Assembly (NCBI GenBank): GCA_022510505.1
Contig: JAFLTL010000003.1
Coordinates: forward strand, 55,789 to 119,788
DNA from: Muribaculaceae bacterium
Lineage (GTDB): Bacteria > Bacteroidota > Bacteroidia > Bacteroidales > Muribaculaceae
DNA: 64,000 nt
Direction: 5' to 3'
Of this stretch, positions 58,808-64,000 are shown in pieces. Position 1 is the first letter of the stretch; each line of letters begins with the position of its first letter. The notes beneath the pieces were generated by a model, which saw only the letters and a program-made list of their open reading frames with translations, made no database searches and was not told the DNA's origin. The position numbers and the translations under genes are program-made.

Positions 58808-59488
58808 TTGGAAAAGATTGAAGATATTGATGTGATTGTGGCATCGGAAGAGCACATAGCTTATGTGCCCGAGATTCTCGACACCATCAATCAGGCAGCC
58901 AAAGTTCGTGGAACCGGTATCGCGAAACGTTCGCCAGAGTATGTCAGTCAGAAGATGCGCGAAAGAAAAGCCGTGATAGCTTTGTCCAAAAACGGTGAGT
59001 TCGCCGGATTCAGTTACATTGAAAGTTGGAGCAACAAGGAGTTCGTGGCCAATTCCGGATTGATAGTGTCCAATAAATTCCGTGGAATCGGACTGGCTAA
59101 GCGAATCAAGGAAAGAATATTCCGGCTTAGCCGAGAAATGTTCCCGAATGCGAAGATTTTCTCTTTGACTACCGGTGCAGCTGTTATGAAAATGAACTTC
59201 GAACTTGGTTACCGTCCGGTGACATTCGATGAACTGACCGATGACGTTGCGTTTTGGAAAGGATGTGAGAGCTGTGTAAACTACGACATTCTGCAAAGAA
59301 ATGGCGGTCACAAGTGCCTGTGCACCGGTTTGCTCTACGACCCTTCTGAAATTAAATATCATCCTGAGAACCGTTTCGGCCATGATGACGAGAAACAGCC
59401 GGCCGAAGAAAATAAAGAACCTAATAAGGAAGAACTTATAAACCAACTTGAGAAACTTCTCGAATCATGGAAAAACGCAAAAAAGTAG
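58808..59488 (+). CDS. GNAT-family N-acyltransferase of the arginine biosynthesis cluster
   Basis: 226 aa with a TTG start (no in-frame ATG near the N-terminus). GNAT core RGIGLAKRIKERIF, with an acidic/lysine-rich tail. The stop overlaps the argG start by 22 nt. Confidence 0.75.
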   Translation: MEKIEDIDVIVASEEHIAYVPEILDTINQAAKVRGTGIAKRSPEYVSQKMRERKAVIALSKNGEFAGFSYIESWSNKEFVANSGLIVSNKFRGIGLAKRIKERIFRLSREMFPNAKIFSLTTGAAVMKMNFELGYRPVTFDELTDDVAFWKGCESCVNYDILQRNGGHKCLCTGLLYDPSEIKYHPENRFGHDDEKQPAEENKEPNKEELINQLEKLLESWKNAKK

Positions 59489-60675
59489 TATTGGCATTCA
59501 GTGGTGGCCTCGACACCTCGTTTGCAGTTAAATATCTTTCGGAAGATTGTGGTTTCGACGTTTACACCGCTATCGCCAACACAGGTGGTTTCACCAAAGA
59601 GGAACTCAAGGAGATAGAACGTCGCGCGCTGGCGCTTGGCGCTAAGGAACACGCAACCTTGGACGTTACAAAGGATTATTATGACAAATCAATCAAATAC
59701 ATGATAATGGGTAACGTTCTTCGCAACGGGACTTATCCAATTTCCGTCAGCTCCGAAAGAATTTTCCAGGCTCTTGCAATTATCGATTATGCCAAGAAAA
59801 TCGGAGCCGATGCCGTTGCCCATGGTTCGACAAGCGCCGGAAACGACCAGGTGCGCTTCGATACCACCTTTGAAATCATGGCTCCCGAGATTGAAATCAT
59901 CACTCCGACTCGCGACATGAATCTGACCCGCGACTACGAGATTGAATATCTTAAGAAGCATGGTTATGAGGCCGATTTCAAGAAATTGGAGTATTCGGTT
60001 AATAAGGGCCTGTGGGGAACCAGCGTGGGCGGCAAGGAAACGCTGCACAGCGACCAGACTCTTCCTGAACATGCCTATCCAACCCAGATGACAGCAAAAG
60101 AAAACGGTCGCATCACTATCGATTTTGACAAGGGCGAAATATCGGCTGTGAACGGAAAGAAATTCAAGGATAAGGTCAAGGCTATCCAGGAAATTGAGAA
60201 ACTTGTTGCTCCCTATGCTCTCGGTCGCGACATGCATGTGGGCGATACAATTATCGGAATAAAAGGCCGCGTTGGTTTCGAAGCCGGCGCACCATTACTG
60301 ATAATTGCCGCTCATAAGGTGTTGGAGAAACACACCTTGACCAAATGGCAGCAGTATTGGAAGGAACAGCTATCCAACTGGTATGGAATGTTCCTCCATG
60401 AAGCTCAATATCTGGAGCCGGTCATGCGCGACATCGAGGCCTATCTCCTCGAATCGCAAAGAAATGTTACCGGAAAGGTTATCGTTGACCTGATGCCCTA
60501 CCGATTCAATGTCGTTGGAGTCGATAGCCCGTATGATTTGATGAAGACCTCGTTCGGTGAATATGGAGAATTGAGCCGTGCCTGGACCGCCGATGATGTC
60601 AAAGGATTTACGAAAATCTTCGGAAACCAGATGAAGATTTATCATGATGTTCAAAAGAGAAACAAGAAATCATGA
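59467..60675 (+). CDS. argG: argininosuccinate synthase
   Basis: 402 aa with AFSGGLDTS ATP-pyrophosphatase motif and HGSTSAGNDQVRF. Confidence 0.95.
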   Translation: MEKRKKVVLAFSGGLDTSFAVKYLSEDCGFDVYTAIANTGGFTKEELKEIERRALALGAKEHATLDVTKDYYDKSIKYMIMGNVLRNGTYPISVSSERIFQALAIIDYAKKIGADAVAHGSTSAGNDQVRFDTTFEIMAPEIEIITPTRDMNLTRDYEIEYLKKHGYEADFKKLEYSVNKGLWGTSVGGKETLHSDQTLPEHAYPTQMTAKENGRITIDFDKGEISAVNGKKFKDKVKAIQEIEKLVAPYALGRDMHVGDTIIGIKGRVGFEAGAPLLIIAAHKVLEKHTLTKWQQYWKEQLSNWYGMFLHEAQYLEPVMRDIEAYLLESQRNVTGKVIVDLMPYRFNVVGVDSPYDLMKTSFGEYGELSRAWTADDVKGFTKIFGNQMKIYHDVQKRNKKS

Positions 60676-61652
60676 TTAAAGCCGGTATTATAGGAGGAGC
60701 AGGTTACACGGCAGGGGAACTGATTCGTCTGCTTCTGAATCATCCCGATGTTGAAATCCGGTGGATCCACAGTTCCAGTCACGCCGGCCATGAGATCGAC
60801 AGCGTTCATCAAGGACTGATCGGTGAGACAAATGGACTGAGATTTTCTTCTGAGACCCCGCTCGAAGATATCGACGTTTTGTTTTTCTGCACCCCCCACG
60901 GAGAATCAAGAAAATGGATGGAAAGCCATCAGGCTGAAATTCCGGTTGATTTGAAGATAATTGATCTTTCTAATGATTTCAGGTTGGAGGACGGCACCCA
61001 CGATTTTATCTATGGGCTGCCCGAATTAAACCGCAAGCGAATCGTTCGAGGAGGTCGGTATATCGCCAATCCCGGCTGTTTCGCCACTGCCATTCAACTT
61101 GCACTTCTTCCGTTGGCTAAAAACGGTCTGCTCGGAAATGAAATTCATGTTACGGGTATCACCGGAAGCACCGGGGCCGGGGTGAAACCATCGGCAACCA
61201 CACATTATTCGTGGAGAAACGATAATGTATCGGTCTACAAACCCTTTACCCATCAGCATCTTGCAGAAATTAAGCAAACTGTCAAGCAACTCCATCCCGG
61301 AAACGAACCGGCTATTAATTTCCTTCCTTTCCGAGGTCCGTTCTCGCGCGGCATTATTGCGACAGTCTACTTTGACAGCGATTTGAAAGCCGATGAGGTG
61401 AAGAAAATTTTCGAGGACTATTACGATGACCACAACTTTACGTTTGTGACCGACCGCACTCCCGATCTTAAAGATGTCGTTAACACTAACAAATGTATTC
61501 TCCACATTGAATCAATCGAGGGGAAGCTGATGATAACATCAGTCATAGATAACCTGCTTAAAGGTGCTTCAGGAACAGCGGTTCATAATCTAAACCTCCT
61601 GTTCGGACTTCATGAATGTACCGGGCTGAAACTGAAGCCTTCGGCCTATTGA
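60672..61652 (+). CDS. argC: N-acyl-gamma-glutamyl-phosphate reductase
   Basis: 326 aa. N-terminus GIIGGAGYTAGELIRLL, catalytic Cys in ANPGCFATA. ATGA overlap with argG. Confidence 0.93.
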   Translation: MIKAGIIGGAGYTAGELIRLLLNHPDVEIRWIHSSSHAGHEIDSVHQGLIGETNGLRFSSETPLEDIDVLFFCTPHGESRKWMESHQAEIPVDLKIIDLSNDFRLEDGTHDFIYGLPELNRKRIVRGGRYIANPGCFATAIQLALLPLAKNGLLGNEIHVTGITGSTGAGVKPSATTHYSWRNDNVSVYKPFTHQHLAEIKQTVKQLHPGNEPAINFLPFRGPFSRGIIATVYFDSDLKADEVKKIFEDYYDDHNFTFVTDRTPDLKDVVNTNKCILHIESIEGKLMITSVIDNLLKGASGTAVHNLNLLFGLHECTGLKLKPSAY

Positions 61653-61701
61653 TTCTATCGGTTGACGAAAATCTGTTGCGTTGAGAATATATGCTTCGTG
61701 G

Positions 61702-62343
61702 TTATAGCCAGCCTTTTATACTGATAAAAATTCCTCCCAAAGCCATCAGTATCAAAAGTGACCCTATAATCCTGTTGATGAGCCACAGAGAACGAACGTT
61801 TATGTGATTCCTCACCTTGTTGACAAAGAAAGTAATGCCATACCACCAGACTATCGCTCCACAAAAAATGGCGATATACCCCAGAATGTAATGGTAGAAC
61901 ATGAATTCGGGTTTGAGGAAATCAAACTGGGTGAACAACCCGATTATGAAGAATAGAATCAATGGATTGGAGAATGTAAAGAGAAATCCTGTTAGGAAAT
62001 CGAACCAAAATGTGTTACCTTTATCACTTGGTTTCTTCAATGCCGAAGCGGGATTCTTCCTGAAAAGGAAAATTCCGAATACGATCAGAACAAGACTTCC
62101 GAGAAATTGAAGTAAGTTTCGGTTTTCTTCTATGAAATCGGTGATAAGTGCAAGCCCCAGTCCTGTCAATAAACAATAAAGAAGATCCGACAATGCCGCA
62201 CCCACTCCTGTGAAGAAAGCAGGCCAGCGTCCTTTATTAAGTGTCCTTTGAATGCAAAGCATTCCAATAGGACCCATAGGGGCTGAAATCAAAATGCCGA
62301 TAATAAATCCGCTTATGAATATGTCGGCGAAATGAACCATCAT
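61702..62343 (-). CDS. LysE/RhtB-family amino-acid exporter
   Basis: Hydrophobic 6-TM protein with FISGFIIGILISAPMGPIGMLCI. I prefer the ATG at 62343 or 62340 (MMVHFADIF...) over the track start at 62376. Confidence 0.8.
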   Translation of the reverse strand: MMVHFADIFISGFIIGILISAPMGPIGMLCIQRTLNKGRWPAFFTGVGAALSDLLYCLLTGLGLALITDFIEENRNLLQFLGSLVLIVFGIFLFRKNPASALKKPSDKGNTFWFDFLTGFLFTFSNPLILFFIIGLFTQFDFLKPEFMFYHYILGYIAIFCGAIVWWYGITFFVNKVRNHINVRSLWLINRIIGSLLILMALGGIFISIKGWL

Positions 62344-62404
62344 GGCAAAATTACACAGAAAAATCCAAATCCCCATTCGTCAAATCCCCTAACCCAATAA
62401 AGAA

Positions 62405-63367
62405 ATGAAAGTTTTTACCTCAGTTAAAGATATCGGATCCCTTGATGTTGCTATAAAAGAAGCCTTGGAGATAAAAAAAGATAGGTTCGCATTCAATGAA
62501 TTAGGGAAAAATAAGACCCTGTTGATGATCTTTTTCAATTCATCCCTGAGAACACGCCTGAGTACTCAAAAGGCTGCCATGAATTTGGGAATGAATGTGA
62601 TCGTTCTCGATGTTAACCAAGGAGCATGGAAACTTGAAACTGAACGTGGTGTCATAATGGATGGTGACAAACCTGAACATCTCCTGGAGGCCATCCCGGT
62701 AATGGGTTGCTATTGCGATGTGATAGGTGTCAGAAGCTTCGCACGTTTTGAAAACAAAAAAGATGACTACGAGGAAAAAATCCTGAACCAGTTCGTCAAA
62801 TATTCCGGACGCCCCGTCTTCTCTATGGAATCGGCAACCGTTCATCCCCTCCAAGCATTTGCCGACTTGATTACAATCGAGGAGTATAAAACGAAAGAAC
62901 GTCCCAAAGTAGTATTGACGTGGGCTCCTCATCCCAAGTCTCTCCCACAAGCCGTGCCAAATTCGTTTGCTCAATGGATGCTGGCTGCAAACTATGATTT
63001 GGTCATCACCCATCCTCATGGTTACGAACTCGACCCAGAGTTTACCAGTGGTGCTGTGATTGACTACGACCAGAATCATGCTCTGGAAGGAGCCGACTTC
63101 GTTTATGCCAAGAATTGGAGTGCGTTCAAAGACCCCTACTATGGTAAAATCCTGTCGACTGACCGTTCGTGGACTGTTACAGCCGAGAAAATGGCACTGA
63201 CCAACGATGCCTACTTCATGCATTGCCTCCCGGTTCGACGCAACATGATTGTGAGCGACGATGTTATCGAGGGACCTCGCTCGCTTGTGATCCCTGAAGC
63301 CGCCAACCGTGAAATCTCGGCTCAAGTGGTACTCAAAAGACTTTTGGAAGGAATCAGTAAACCCTGA
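62405..63367 (+). CDS. argF': N-succinyl-L-ornithine carbamoyltransferase-type transcarbamylase
   Basis: 320 aa with carbamoyl-phosphate motif SSLRTRLS, HCLP, and Pro at position 90 (DGDKPEH) by my manual count. Confidence 0.88.
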   Translation: MKVFTSVKDIGSLDVAIKEALEIKKDRFAFNELGKNKTLLMIFFNSSLRTRLSTQKAAMNLGMNVIVLDVNQGAWKLETERGVIMDGDKPEHLLEAIPVMGCYCDVIGVRSFARFENKKDDYEEKILNQFVKYSGRPVFSMESATVHPLQAFADLITIEEYKTKERPKVVLTWAPHPKSLPQAVPNSFAQWMLAANYDLVITHPHGYELDPEFTSGAVIDYDQNHALEGADFVYAKNWSAFKDPYYGKILSTDRSWTVTAEKMALTNDAYFMHCLPVRRNMIVSDDVIEGPRSLVIPEAANREISAQVVLKRLLEGISKP

Positions 63368-63443
63368 TAGAATATGATGTCTCCGTATTTCTTGTGAACA
63401 AATCATTGTAATAATCGGTTATTTTAATAAAAACAATACGATT

Positions 63444-63770
63444 ATGAAGACTGATTACAAATTCGGAGAAGTCCACAACCTTGCCGATCAAGTTGAAAAA
63501 GGTAGTGACAAAGTCCATTTCAAAGGCATCTTTGAAACCGAGAATGGAGGCATTTCAGTGTTGGCATTTGAAAAAGGTCAGGAACTGACCCAGCACATCG
63601 CACCTGCCGAAGTTATGGTATATGTTCTTGAGGGAGAAATTGAATTCACCATGATCGATCGACCTCACAATATTTCAGCCGGTGAATTTCTGCTGATCGG
63701 AACCGATGTTCCTCACAGTGTGAAAGCATTGGCCGACTCAAAAGTTCTCGTAACAAAAATCAAGAACTGA
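63444..63770 (+). CDS. cupin-domain protein
   Basis: 108 aa with a small beta-barrel pattern (LTQHIAPAEVMVYVLEGEIEF ... GEFLLIGTDVPHSVKA). Confidence 0.7.
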   Translation: MKTDYKFGEVHNLADQVEKGSDKVHFKGIFETENGGISVLAFEKGQELTQHIAPAEVMVYVLEGEIEFTMIDRPHNISAGEFLLIGTDVPHSVKALADSKVLVTKIKN

Positions 63771-63792
63771 GACCACCGACGAAAGAACTTGA

Positions 63793-63833
63793 TCGGGCTG
63801 GTGCTCTTTATGAGACCAACCCGATTCTTTTTT
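63793..63833 (+). terminator. intrinsic terminator after the cupin gene
   Basis: TCGGGCTGGTGCTC / GAGACCAACCCGA imperfect 13-bp stem (one bulge, one mismatch) followed by TTCTTTTTTC. Confidence 0.6.
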
Positions 63834-63864
63834 CATTGATATAGAAAACTCCGTAAATTTTGTG

Positions 63865-63872
63865 TAATTTTG
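63865..63872 (+). promoter_or_regulatory. candidate -7 box (TAATTTTG) for the tRNA gene
   Basis: Exact TAnnTTTG match 14 nt upstream of the mature tRNA 5' end. Confidence 0.45.
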
Positions 63873-63885
63873 TCCTTCGGTAAAA

Positions 63886-63960
63886 GTCTCCGTAGTTCAA
63901 TGGATAGAATATTGGATTCCGGTTCCAACGATTGGGGTTCGACTCCCCACGGGGATACCA
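63886..63960 (+). tRNA. tRNA-Arg (anticodon CCG), CCA encoded
   Basis: Manual cloverleaf: acceptor GTCTCCG/CGGGGAT (two G-U pairs), D arm GTTC-AATGGATA-GAAT, anticodon arm TTGGA-TTCCGGT-TCCAA, variable loop CGAT, T arm TGGGG-TTCGACT-CCCCA, discriminator A, then CCA. Confidence 0.9.
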
Positions 63961-63981
63961 TAACATATTTAAACAAAGGGT

Positions 63982-64000
63982 GTTGCAAAGAAATTGCAAC
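63982..64000 (+). terminator. hairpin after the tRNA, at the window edge
   Basis: GTTGCAA-agaaa-TTGCAAC forms a 7-bp stem. The downstream sequence is not visible. Confidence 0.3.

Noticed and set aside
58706-59446. 246-aa minus-strand ORF opposite the GNAT gene.
   Set aside because: It is antisense to a plus-strand ORF that has a GNAT core motif, a matching promoter box and operon continuity into argG. The minus ORF has no recognisable motif and would collide with the arg promoter.
62540-63406. 288-aa minus-strand ORF covering almost the whole transcarbamylase gene.
   Set aside because: The plus frame carries unmistakable SSLRTRLS and HCLP transcarbamylase motifs. The antisense frame is a shadow ORF with no signal, motif or sensible start context.
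63808-63999. 63-aa minus-strand ORF.
   Set aside because: It overlaps a well-folded tRNA-Arg gene on the opposite strand.

Overview
This window looks like a Bacteroidota (Bacteroidales-type) chromosomal segment. The evidence is SusC/SusD pairs, a hybrid two-component regulator, a PorU type IX secretion sortase, TAnnTTTG -7 promoter boxes, no Shine-Dalgarno signals, and tightly packed co-directional genes.

There are four strand blocks:
- 1-24010 is all minus strand: ABC ATPase fragment, hypothetical secreted protein, miaA, membrane protein, DPP-IV, coiled-coil protein, REC/PEP-binding protein, GH31, HTCS, Pro-rich protein, esterase, GH2, xylA, xylB.
- 24215-45547 is all plus strand: tricorn-like S41 protease, deoC, GYF/CD225 protein, rRNA m5C methyltransferase, metH, small orphan, Na/Pi transporter, GH13, DUF4271-like protein, hemD-like protein, rnpA, yidD, tatD, porU, dnaX.
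- 45575-58567 is minus strand: recQ, recJ, SusF-like, SusE-like, SusD, SusC, alkaline phosphatase.
- 58808-end is mostly plus strand: GNAT, argG, argC, an opposite-strand LysE exporter, N-succinylornithine-type carbamoyltransferase, cupin, tRNA-Arg(CCG).

I found no CRISPR array, transposase, integrase, phage genes or recognisable defence or toxin modules, so the window is mostly core metabolism plus glycan-utilisation loci.

The items I think most deserve follow-up:
1. An HTCS-linked GH31(PA14)/GH2/esterase/xylAB cluster has no SusC/D pair. It fits xyloglucan side-chain processing and ends with a very basic, acid-free Pro/Thr/Asn/Arg-rich secreted protein.
2. GTTAAC-core motifs are densely clustered in the HTCS upstream region and recur in the palindrome upstream of GH31.
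3. A pseudo-REC + REC + PPDK_N-type ATP-grasp protein lacks a swivelling His domain and is translationally coupled to GH31 and a coiled-coil protein.
4. The conserved N-terminal motif of recQ is encoded upstream of the first ATG, with only ATT/ATA/ATC available as start codons.
5. An alkaline phosphatase heads a SusCDEF operon that has no enzyme or sensor.

All functional calls come from motifs I recognised by eye. No database search was run.
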